A stretch of DNA of 50,754 bases, taken from the NCBI GenBank assembly GCA_015064245.1, contig SVSQ01000003.1, positions 1-50,754 of the forward strand. The letters are read 5' to 3'. The position numbers and the translations under genes are program-made. Of this stretch, positions 1 to 7,892 are shown in pieces. The stretch's first letter is position 1. Every line of letters begins with the position of its first letter. The DNA comes from Oscillospiraceae bacterium (GTDB taxonomy: Bacteria; Bacillota; Clostridia; Oscillospirales; CAG-272). Under the pieces are notes generated by a model. That model did not search any database. It was not told the DNA's origin and saw nothing but the letters and a program-made list of their open reading frames with translations.

Positions 1-175
1 CTTTCTTCTTTCTTTGCTTCCTTTTCTTTCTTCTTTCTTCGGAAAGAAAGAGGAAAGAAATGAAGAACTAAACGAAAAAGAACTTTTAATAGAAAAATTA
101 TAAAATCTACACTAAATATCCGTCTTAATCAAATAACAAACTTAAAAACAAACTCCCCTATAAATCAAAATTTGA
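1..175 (+). repeat. Mosaic intergenic repeat, truncated by window edge: triplex module A (1-60) plus AT-rich tail
   Basis: ctttcttctttcttt / tttctttcttctttc mirror followed by gaaagaggaaagaaa; tail words taatagaaaaattataaaat and taaatatccgtcttaa recur at 5150-5200. Confidence 0.85.
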
Positions 176-187
176 AAATGACAGAAC

Positions 188-595
188 CTATTTTTCCTCC
201 GGCGCGGAGTAGAGCATAGTCCTCAACCTGTAGATCTCGTCGGAAAGCTCCTCGATCTTCTGCTGGAGACGGTGGTTCTCCATCATTATGGCGTTTTCGG
301 TCTTTTCGATGGGAGCGCTTTCGGGCGCCTCTCCGAGCAGAGCGCTGTTCTTGTTCGTCAGAGCGAATATCTGATCCTGCTGACTGTGGATAAGCTCGGC
401 GTTCTTTTTTAGGTTCTCGGCTTGCATCATTACGGTCATAATGAGCGCGATGTCAACTCTGCCGCCGACGTGCTGCATATTTTTACGCACCTCGGCGTCA
501 AGCGCCGCCGCCATTCGGCGTACTTCTTCGCTTGACGAGGTTTTCAGATTTACGTTGATATCTGCGATGGAAACGGTTATAGACTCCTTTGCCAC
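188..595 (-). CDS. zapA: Cell division protein ZapA family
   Basis: N-terminal ITVSIADINVNL...EEVRRMAAALDAEV pattern then coiled coil; GTG start with GGAG RBS. Confidence 0.65.
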   Translation of the reverse strand: MAKESITVSIADINVNLKTSSSEEVRRMAAALDAEVRKNMQHVGGRVDIALIMTVMMQAENLKKNAELIHSQQDQIFALTNKNSALLGEAPESAPIEKTENAIMMENHRLQQKIEELSDEIYRLRTMLYSAPEEK

Positions 596-789
596 GGTGG
601 TTTCTCCTTTGAATTTTATGAAAAAGGTACTTGATTTTTAATTCATTATGTACTATAATGTAGATGTTAGTTATATTATAATACATGCGAAAGAAAAAAT
701 AAAGGTTTTTTTGAAAATATTATTGATAAAATTTTGCGATATCGGACAGAAGATACGCGTTCTGTTTTCAGAAAGGAATGATCATAAAG

Positions 790-1575
790 ATGAACATAAT
801 AAAGGATGCAAAGAGGATAGTGGTAAAGATAGGCTCGTCAACCCTGACGCACGAGAATTACCGAATGAACCTGCGAAGGATCGAGGCGATAGCAAGAGTG
901 TTGTCCGATTTCAGAAACGCGGGCAAGGAGATGGTATTCGTAAGCTCGGGCGCTATCAGCGCGGGAGTTGCAAAGCTGGGACTCGAGCGGCGCCCAAAGG
1001 CTACTGAGGAAAAGCAGGCGGTAGCCGCGGTGGGACAGAGCGAGCTGATGAAGATATACGAGCACTTTTTCGGAATGTTCGGTCAGAACGTGGCTCAGAT
1101 ACTGCTCACAAGAGATATTATGGAGAATCCCGTCGCCCGTAAGAACGCCGAGAATACCTTCGCGACCTTGCTCAGAATGGGCTGTATTCCGATAGTCAAC
1201 GAAAACGACTCCGTCTCCTTCGACGAGATCGAATTCGGCGATAACGATACCCTTTCCGCGTACGTTTCCGTCCTCTGCCACGCGGACGCGCTGATAATCC
1301 TCAGCGATATCGACGGTCTTTACGATTCAGATCCCCACAAGAACAGCGACGCCAAGCTCATCTCCACCGTGGCTAAGGTGGACGACACCATTCTCGGTTA
1401 CGCGGGGGGAGCAGGCTCAAACAGAGGTACCGGCGGACTTATCACCAAGCTCCACGCCGCTGAGATAGTCACCGGAAACGGCATACCCATGTTCATCGTC
1501 AACGGTCAGAACCCCGAGATCCTTTACGATCTTTTTGAGGGCAAGCACGTTGGAACGTACTTTATGTCGAACTAA
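790..1575 (+). CDS. proB: Glutamate 5-kinase (short form, no PUA domain)
   Basis: RIVVKIGSS, VSSGAI, AAVGQ, PIVNEND, FGDNDTLSA, GTGGLITK motifs; start moved to ATG 790 for RBS spacing. Confidence 0.95.
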   Translation: MNIIKDAKRIVVKIGSSTLTHENYRMNLRRIEAIARVLSDFRNAGKEMVFVSSGAISAGVAKLGLERRPKATEEKQAVAAVGQSELMKIYEHFFGMFGQNVAQILLTRDIMENPVARKNAENTFATLLRMGCIPIVNENDSVSFDEIEFGDNDTLSAYVSVLCHADALIILSDIDGLYDSDPHKNSDAKLISTVAKVDDTILGYAGGAGSNRGTGGLITKLHAAEIVTGNGIPMFIVNGQNPEILYDLFEGKHVGTYFMSN

Positions 1576-1642
1576 GGCGGAATTTTGGTGAATAATAAAA
1601 CGCTGCCACGGCAAAATAATCTTAAAAAAGAAAGGCACAGTT

Positions 1643-3055
1643 ATGAAAAAAATATTCGCAATACTGCTATTTGCGGCGGCTGTATTCGCGCTTGTGGGTT
1701 GCGAAAAGGCAAACACACCTTGTGAGCACAGCTATACCGAGGAAATTATCGAAGAGCCTGGAGTTCTTACTCCGGGAAAGGCAAAATGCGTTTGCTCACT
1801 CTGCGGAGAAAGCTCCGAGTATGAGCTTCCCGCAACCAAGACGCTGAAGATCCTGGCTATCGGAAACTCGTTCAGCGTTGACGGTATGCAGTATCTGTGG
1901 GACATCTGCCGCGACGGCGGAGTTGAAAACGTGATACTCGGAAATATGTATATCGGCGGCTGCTCTCTTAATAAGCATTGGACGAATATGCAGTCGGGCG
2001 CGGGGGCGTACAAGTACTATAAGAATACCGAAGGAAAGTGGGAGACCACGGAGGAATTCAGTATTCCGAACGCCATCAAGGATGAAGAATGGGACATCAT
2101 CACCGTTCAGCAGTCCAGCGGCGACAGCGGAGAGACCGAGACCTATTCCGCTCTTGCTGATATCACCGCGTACATACAGGAGCACAAGACGAATCCCGAC
2201 GCGAAGATATACTGGCATATGACCTGGGCGTATCAGGGCGACAGTACGAATAAGCATTTCCCCAGATACGACAGCGACCAGAAGAAGATGTATGAGGCGA
2301 TCGCAAGCGTCGCTCAGAATTTCGTTTTGAAAAACGAGGATATCGCAGGACTTATTCCTTCGGGAACGGCGATACAGAACCTTCGTTCCTCTTACGTTGG
2401 CGATACTGTGACACGTGACGGCTACCACCTCAGCTACAGCCACGGAAGATATACCGCGGCGCTGACCTGGTTTGCATACATAACGGGCGGAGATATTGAC
2501 GGGATCACCTGGATGTCGGCGGAGCATAACGTTTTTGAAGATATCGAGCCTATAAAAGAAGCGGTCAAGAATGCTCTGGAAGCGCCATTTGAGGTCACAC
2601 CTTCCGCCTTCGATAAGGCGGTAGAGAAGACGGACTTAGACAGAATAATCGCTCTCGGACTGGATCCCGCAAATATGGAGCTTCTCGATTGGGGACCTAC
2701 CGTTGCTTCTTACTGGAATTCAGGCAGTAAATTTGAGCTTATCCACGCGGGCAACAGTAAGGCGTCGAATATCCCCTATTTCATCTCATCCCGCAAGCTG
2801 ACGAAGGATGATCTTCCCGTCGGTTCGGTCATTATCGTTGATAAAGGTTACGGTTACCGCCCGGACGGTTGGCTGGATCTTGACGGAACGAAGGGTGCGC
2901 GTCCCCAAAAGGTCGGCGCGGGCGCCGCGCTGGTCACGGAAGAATGGTGGGGAGAGTACGCTGTACGCGGATTTAACCTTTATTCTCTGGAATCAAATTA
3001 CGTTATGACTACCGGCGATATAGAAGCTATGCGTATCTACGTTCCGAAGAAATGA
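1643..3055 (+). CDS. Lipoprotein with SGNH-like (DUF4886-type) esterase domain
   Basis: Lipobox LVGC; CEH...CxxC motif; ILAIGNSFS, TVQQSS, WHMTWAY, RDGYHLS blocks. Confidence 0.75.
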   Translation: MKKIFAILLFAAAVFALVGCEKANTPCEHSYTEEIIEEPGVLTPGKAKCVCSLCGESSEYELPATKTLKILAIGNSFSVDGMQYLWDICRDGGVENVILGNMYIGGCSLNKHWTNMQSGAGAYKYYKNTEGKWETTEEFSIPNAIKDEEWDIITVQQSSGDSGETETYSALADITAYIQEHKTNPDAKIYWHMTWAYQGDSTNKHFPRYDSDQKKMYEAIASVAQNFVLKNEDIAGLIPSGTAIQNLRSSYVGDTVTRDGYHLSYSHGRYTAALTWFAYITGGDIDGITWMSAEHNVFEDIEPIKEAVKNALEAPFEVTPSAFDKAVEKTDLDRIIALGLDPANMELLDWGPTVASYWNSGSKFELIHAGNSKASNIPYFISSRKLTKDDLPVGSVIIVDKGYGYRPDGWLDLDGTKGARPQKVGAGAALVTEEWWGEYAVRGFNLYSLESNYVMTTGDIEAMRIYVPKK

Positions 3056-3086
3056 TACTTCTGGACGATGAAACTGAACGGAGAGA

Positions 3087-3410
3087 ATGGCTATGTTCGG
3101 ATTTACAAGACTTTCAGCCGAGGTGAAGCAGCGCCGTAAAATGGCGAAAAAGCTTCACGGCATGCATATCAAATACGTCATGGAGCGTCTGGTGGACGAG
3201 GACGACATCATCGTCGGCAGAGAGGGCGCTCTGATCGTGCGCGGGAAGGAGTTTATGGTCTTCGCCTCGCAGCACGACGTTTTCCGAAGCTACGTTGACG
3301 ATACTGATTTTTCCGAGCTTCTCAGTCTGGGCGGCGCGGTGATAATCGGTCACGACCTGCTTTCGGGTAAGGAAAGAACTCTTATCGCGCATTATACGGA
3401 CCTTGCGTGA
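3087..3410 (+). CDS. Hypothetical protein (107 aa)
   Basis: GGAG RBS, co-oriented after lipoprotein gene, normal codon usage. Confidence 0.7.
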   Translation: MAMFGFTRLSAEVKQRRKMAKKLHGMHIKYVMERLVDEDDIIVGREGALIVRGKEFMVFASQHDVFRSYVDDTDFSELLSLGGAVIIGHDLLSGKERTLIAHYTDLA

Positions 3411-3422
3411 CACTGTATATGA

Positions 3423-3589
3423 GTGCGAACATAGCCGGGTGTCACGCCTCGAAGCTTTCTCGCTGACGGCGGTCAGCGCTTTTCCCGATGGGAAAAGACC
3501 GAAATCTTCGCAGAGATTTGGTGTAGAGGAAAGTTACATTGTGTGATAGTGAGTGCGATGGGAATCGGAGATTTGGTGTAGAGGAAAGT
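3423..3589 (+). repeat. Diverged mosaic repeat: module C tail plus branched module D (3450-3510) and 22-bp direct duplication
   Basis: gtgcgaacatagcc also at 44443; aaagaccgaaatcttcgcaga shared with 39322-39342; GAGATTTGGTGTAGAGGAAAGT at 3513-3534 and 3568-3589. Confidence 0.75.
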
Positions 3590-3652
3590 GACCTTTTAAA
3601 AATATTTGTCGGCAGGCGATATTTATCGGCGGGTGGATTTCCCGTCAAAAAT

Positions 3653-3687
3653 AAAAATGCTCATCCTTTATCGGATAAGCATTTTTG
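3653..3687. terminator. Probable bidirectional intrinsic terminator
   Basis: aaaaatgct-catcc...ggat-aagcattttt hairpin between convergent genes. Confidence 0.65.
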
Positions 3688-3699
3688 TTATTTGATATA

Positions 3700-4587
3700 T
3701 TATTCAAAAACCGTTGTGATCTTGTTGACCGCTTCGTCGAAGACGTCGGTCTCCACGGTCTCGATAGTACCTGCGTCGCAGAGAGCGGAGACCTTAGGAT
3801 CCATGGGAACGCGAGCGATGACGGGAATATTGAACTTTTTCGCGATCTCGTCAACGTGCGTCTTTCCGAAGACCTCGATCTTCTCGCCGCAGCAGGGACA
3901 CTTGAGATAGCTGTAGTTTTCAACGATACCGATGATCGGAACGTTCATCATCTTAGCCATGTTCACAGCCTTAGTCACGATCATTGAAACAAGATCGGAG
4001 GGAGTCGTTACGATAACGATACCGTCAAGAGGCAGAGACTGCATGACCGTAAGCGGAACGTCTCCTGTTCCGGGAGGCATATCCACGTACATATAATCTA
4101 CGTCGCCCCAGACGACGTCCTTCCAGAACTGCTTTACAGTTCCCGCGATGAGAGAGCCTCTCCAGATAACGGGAGCGGTCTCGTCCTGAAGGAGCATATT
4201 GATGCTGATAGCGTCGATGCCCGTAACTGTGCTCTTTGGGATGATGCCGTCCTCGCAGCCTGTAAGGTCGCCCTTGAGACCGAACATTTTCGGAATGGAG
4301 GGACCTGTGATATCGGCGTCCAGAATAGCGGTGTTGAAGCCGAGACGGCGCGTCATTACCGCAAGCATAGAGGTGACGGAGGATTTACCTACGCCGCCCT
4401 TACCGCTGACTATACCGATAACGTGCTTGATGTTGCTCGCCTTGTTCTGAGGCTCAAGGAGACTTTCGGGATCGCTCTTTTTGGAGCTGCAGTTTGCGGA
4501 GCAGGTGGAGCAGTTGTGAGTGCAGGATGCTTCAGGCTGCTCGTCAGATTCTTCGATTACTTCGTCATTCATTTCTTCACTGACCAT
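3700..4587 (-). CDS. mrp: Mrp/NBP35 family ATP-binding Fe-S cluster carrier
   Basis: SGKGGVGKS, DADITGPS, VIWRG, VDMPPGTGD, CPCC motifs; Cys-rich N-terminus. Confidence 0.93.
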   Translation of the reverse strand: MVSEEMNDEVIEESDEQPEASCTHNCSTCSANCSSKKSDPESLLEPQNKASNIKHVIGIVSGKGGVGKSSVTSMLAVMTRRLGFNTAILDADITGPSIPKMFGLKGDLTGCEDGIIPKSTVTGIDAISINMLLQDETAPVIWRGSLIAGTVKQFWKDVVWGDVDYMYVDMPPGTGDVPLTVMQSLPLDGIVIVTTPSDLVSMIVTKAVNMAKMMNVPIIGIVENYSYLKCPCCGEKIEVFGKTHVDEIAKKFNIPVIARVPMDPKVSALCDAGTIETVETDVFDEAVNKITTVFE

Positions 4588-4724
4588 TTTATTTTATTCC
4601 TTTCAGATTTATTATCTTTACTTACTTTTATTATTATAATACTTTTTCATAAATATTTCAAGTACTAATAATAAATTTTATGGGAGTATTTGTAAAATTA
4701 TTGGGTTGCTAAAAGGAGAACACA

Positions 4725-5215
4725 GGGATACCGTGTACCTTGTGCGAACATCTGCCGGTATCCCCATCGAATATTTCTTTTCGACGCGGTCGAAACTTTT
4801 TTCTAACGAAAAAAGCCCGAAATATTCGCCAGCCTTGGAGGAAATTTAAGATACCGTGTACCTTGTGCGAACATCTGCTGGTATCCCCGCTTAGCGGAAT
4901 TTTAAATAACAAGCTGTGTAAAGTAATTATTTCCTACCTTGGGTAGTTGCGGGAGCAACTCGGCAGTATTTCATGTACGAAAAACCGCGAGCCTGCTTAT
5001 GCGAGCGCGTTTCAGCGAGCCGTTCCCAATCTACCACGGTCTTTCTTTCTTCTTTTTGCGAGCATTTTTCTTCTTTCTTTCTCGAAAGAAGGAAGAAAAA
5101 CGCGAAATCTATATAAAAAGAAATATTAAATACAAATAATAAAACCTACATTAAATATCCGTCTTAAAAAAAGTAACTTTAATAGAAAAATTATAAAATT
5201 TACTCAAAATAACCT
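4725..5215 (+). repeat. Mosaic intergenic repeat C-D-C-B-slot-A-tail
   Basis: gataccgtgtaccttgtgcgaacatctgc.ggtatcccc twice (4725-4765, 4850-4888); D 4768-4828; gttgcgggagcaac 4946-4959; triplex module 5040-5100; 4940-5120 nearly identical to 26135-26320. Confidence 0.95.
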
Positions 5216-5266
5216 TCTTACACAAATTCAAAATAAAATTTGAAATCAAAAAAAAGGAGCATCAAA

Positions 5267-6010
5267 ATGAATACCGAACTTTTTGAGCTTGCCTGTCAAG
5301 CGGCTATACTCGTCACGCCGAAGAGCAGCGTCGGTACGCTGTCGGAGCATCGGCTTCACAGCGCGATAAAATACTACGTTCAGCCCGATATGGAGTTTCA
5401 CGAGGTCCGCGTGGACGGCTTCATCTGCGACGCAGTCAGGGAAGACGGCGAGGTGCTGGAGATACAGACCGGCGCCTTTTTCCCGCTCAGAAAAAAGCTT
5501 GAGAGACTGCTTCCATCGCACCCCGTAACCGTCATTTACCCCGTTGTGACCGAAAAACGCCTGCTGGTGACCTACGAGGAGAGCGGCGAGTGCAGTATCC
5601 GAAAGAGCCCGAAAAAAGCCACCTCTTACAACGCCTTCGCGGAGCTTTACAGGATCAGGGATTACATTTCAAACGAAAACTTTCATTTTCGTATGATCTC
5701 AGTTACCTGCGACGAGCACCGTCTGTACCTCGGGACGAAGGATGGCAGAAAGCCTTTTCAAAAGCCGATCAAAACGGAGCGCATACCCGTTTCCCTGGTC
5801 GGAGACGTCTGTTTTTACAATATGAAGGAGCTTCGCTCCGTTCTCCCTGCCGACCTTCCCGAAAACTTCGACACGAAGATACTTTCCGATATGGCAGGGA
5901 TCTCCCGCGATCTTGCGGGGATAACCCTGCGCGTGACCACTGAGCTGGGGATAACAGAGGTCGCTTGCGTTATGGGAAGGCGGAAAATATACAGATTTTG
6001 CGGCGATTGA
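5267..6010 (+). CDS. Hypothetical protein, probable PD-(D/E)XK nuclease-like fold
   Basis: GTLSEHRLH...HEVRVDGFICDAV...VLEIQT resembles E..D..ExQ core; possible C-terminal winged helix; AAGGAG RBS. Confidence 0.55.
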   Translation: MNTELFELACQAAILVTPKSSVGTLSEHRLHSAIKYYVQPDMEFHEVRVDGFICDAVREDGEVLEIQTGAFFPLRKKLERLLPSHPVTVIYPVVTEKRLLVTYEESGECSIRKSPKKATSYNAFAELYRIRDYISNENFHFRMISVTCDEHRLYLGTKDGRKPFQKPIKTERIPVSLVGDVCFYNMKELRSVLPADLPENFDTKILSDMAGISRDLAGITLRVTTELGITEVACVMGRRKIYRFCGD

Positions 6011-6027
6011 AAAAATACAAAAAAGTA

Positions 6028-6056
6028 TTGACATTTATATCAAATTGTAGTATAAT
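6028..6056 (+). promoter_or_regulatory. Sigma-A promoter of SipW-type operon
   Basis: TTGACA-N17-TATAAT exact consensus. Confidence 0.85.
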
Positions 6057-6116
6057 TGATTTGAATAAAGCTTTAAAAAGCTTTAAAATATTATTCCACT
6101 ATGGAGGAAAATAATA

Positions 6117-6722
6117 ATGAGAAAACTTAGTATTTTGGTTGCGCTTATTCTTTGCGTAACGATTGGCGGCGTTTACGCTACTTGGAGTTACCCCGGAGCA
6201 GACGTTGCAGACGGTCACCATGAAGTAGTTGTTGAACTTGAGCAGGCTACTCTCGGCGGTTCAAGCGGTTCTTACGCTATTGAATCCAACCTGAGAATCG
6301 GTATCGACCAGACAGGTGTCGGCGATTACAGCGCTAAGCTTCTGTTCCAATCTGCAAATTCCGATGATCCCTACATAAAGCTCACATTTACACCCTCTGA
6401 TCTTGCTCCCGATGACGTTAAGGCAAACGGTCTTGATTCCGAATTCTATCTGGTCACTACCACGGATATGCAGTATAACGGTGACGATATCTTTACCTTC
6501 AGCAATCCTTCTGACGGCACATTCACAAAGAACGTTACCTGGACTAAGGAAGGCAATTCCTTCACCTGTACTTACAATCTGGCTGATATCGAAGAAATGA
6601 TTACTCTTTCCAAGGACTTCGTTCTTGATACCAAGGCTAAGTATGACGAATTTTCTGCCGCTCTTGCCGGCAACATCAAGCTCTGCCTCACAGACGGAAC
6701 TGTAAACAGCAGCCAGGGCTAA
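6117..6722 (+). CDS. Secreted protein with SipW-type signal peptide (TasA/camelysin-like candidate)
   Basis: MRKLSILVALILCVTIGGVYA-TW matches GGxxA-xW/F class; adjacent to SipW-like peptidase. Confidence 0.65.
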   Translation: MRKLSILVALILCVTIGGVYATWSYPGADVADGHHEVVVELEQATLGGSSGSYAIESNLRIGIDQTGVGDYSAKLLFQSANSDDPYIKLTFTPSDLAPDDVKANGLDSEFYLVTTTDMQYNGDDIFTFSNPSDGTFTKNVTWTKEGNSFTCTYNLADIEEMITLSKDFVLDTKAKYDEFSAALAGNIKLCLTDGTVNSSQG

Positions 6723-6740
6723 TCTAAACAACAAAAAAAT

Positions 6741-6780
6741 CGACAAGGACGCCTATGCGACGTTCTTGTCGTTTATTTTA
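6741..6780 (+). terminator. Intra-operon hairpin/terminator
   Basis: cgacaaggacg...cgttcttgtcg followed by tttattttt. Confidence 0.7.
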
Positions 6781-6796
6781 AGAGACGGTACGAAAA

Positions 6797-7891
6797 ATGT
6801 CAAATTACGATATTTACGTTTTCACCTTATGTCTTTTGGTGTTCGTAATGCTTACCGGACTTCTCGGAACGATGCTTGTCGTTCTGCTGAAGCAGGGATT
6901 CAAGCTGATAAGAGCGGGACTTGAGGATGAAAGAATAAAGAAAGAATATATTAAAGAAGCGGAAACAAAGCGCGCTGTGACTATTATTTCTGCCGTTCTG
7001 ACCGTTATTATGCTTATTGCTATTTTCTCGGCGTTTGCGGTGTCGATGTACGTTCAGTTCGTCGGCGACGAGCCCAAGGGCGGCGTAGCCATTCCGAAGG
7101 TAGTACTGTCGGACTCCATGTCCAAAAAACGTGAGTCTAACGATTATCTTGAAAAGCACGGACTGGACGATCAATTTCAGACCTTTGACCTGATATTCAT
7201 TCGCGAGCTGCCCGGAGAATTCGAGCTGGAGCTTTACGATATCGTCGTATACGAATACGAGGATAAGCTGATAATCCACAGAATCATCGGTATCGAAGAG
7301 CCCAACGAAAAGCATCCCGATTGCCGCCACTTTTTGTTGCGCGGTGACGCGGCTAAGTTCTCGGATGAGTTTCCTGTGCTGTACGAGCAGATGAAGGCGA
7401 TCTACGAAGGTCAGAGAATACCGTTTGTCGGAAGCTTTTTCGCGTTCATGCAGTCTCCTGCGGGATATCTGTGTCTGCTTTTGATCGTTTTTGCGGTTAT
7501 CGCAACTCCTATCACGGAGAAGAAGCTTTGGGAGGCAAAGCTTGCCCGTCTGCGCGAGATAGGCTTTATCCCTGCCGAGCCCGAGCCTACCGAGGCTGAG
7601 GCAACAGAGGAAACTGCTGAAAATGATGAAAATGATGAGGAAGTTATCGAAGTCGCAAGCGACGTGGAGCCCGAAGTAACGGAACCTGTCGAAGATGCAA
7701 GCGACGCGGAGCCCGAAGTAACGGAATCCGTCGAAGACGCAAGCGATGCGGAGACCGAAGTAACGGAACCTGCCGAAGATGCAAGCGAGTCCGAACCCGA
7801 CGCAAAAGAGTCCGCAGAAGGCTCAAATGATGCTGACACCGACGAGTCTGAAGACCCCGTCGACGGGCAAAGGCAGCAGAATGGAGATTAA
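6797..7891 (+). CDS. sipW: Signal peptidase I, SipW/ER-type (S26B-like), with acidic repeat tail
   Basis: VVLSDSM (Ser), DIVVY, IIHRII (His), LRGDA, IPFVG then TM helix. Confidence 0.75.
   Translation: MSNYDIYVFTLCLLVFVMLTGLLGTMLVVLLKQGFKLIRAGLEDERIKKEYIKEAETKRAVTIISAVLTVIMLIAIFSAFAVSMYVQFVGDEPKGGVAIPKVVLSDSMSKKRESNDYLEKHGLDDQFQTFDLIFIRELPGEFELELYDIVVYEYEDKLIIHRIIGIEEPNEKHPDCRHFLLRGDAAKFSDEFPVLYEQMKAIYEGQRIPFVGSFFAFMQSPAGYLCLLLIVFAVIATPITEKKLWEAKLARLREIGFIPAEPEPTEAEATEETAENDENDEEVIEVASDVEPEVTEPVEDASDAEPEVTESVEDASDAETEVTEPAEDASESEPDAKESAEGSNDADTDESEDPVDGQRQQNGD
7655..7800 (+). repeat. 42-bp coding tandem repeat, about 3.5 copies (ASDxEPEVTExxED)
   Basis: gcaagcga unit starts at 7655, 7697, 7739, 7781. 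Confidence 0.9.
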
Positions 7892-7892
7892 A

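Noticed and set aside
3513-3589. 22-bp direct repeat with 33-bp spacer resembling a mini CRISPR
   Set aside because: Only two copies, no cas genes, and the repeat is the tail of module D (also at about 39340); better explained as a local duplication
4939-5139. Recurring small ORFs such as MREQLGSISC, MCEHLLVSP and MGSCGSNSAVF
   Set aside because: Translations of the non-coding repeat; frame and length are not conserved between copies, while base pairing is
6067-6084. Tandem aaagctt words after promoters here and at 35563-35581 as a shared operator
   Set aside because: Short, AT-rich and differently spaced (10 vs 12 nt); insufficient evidence
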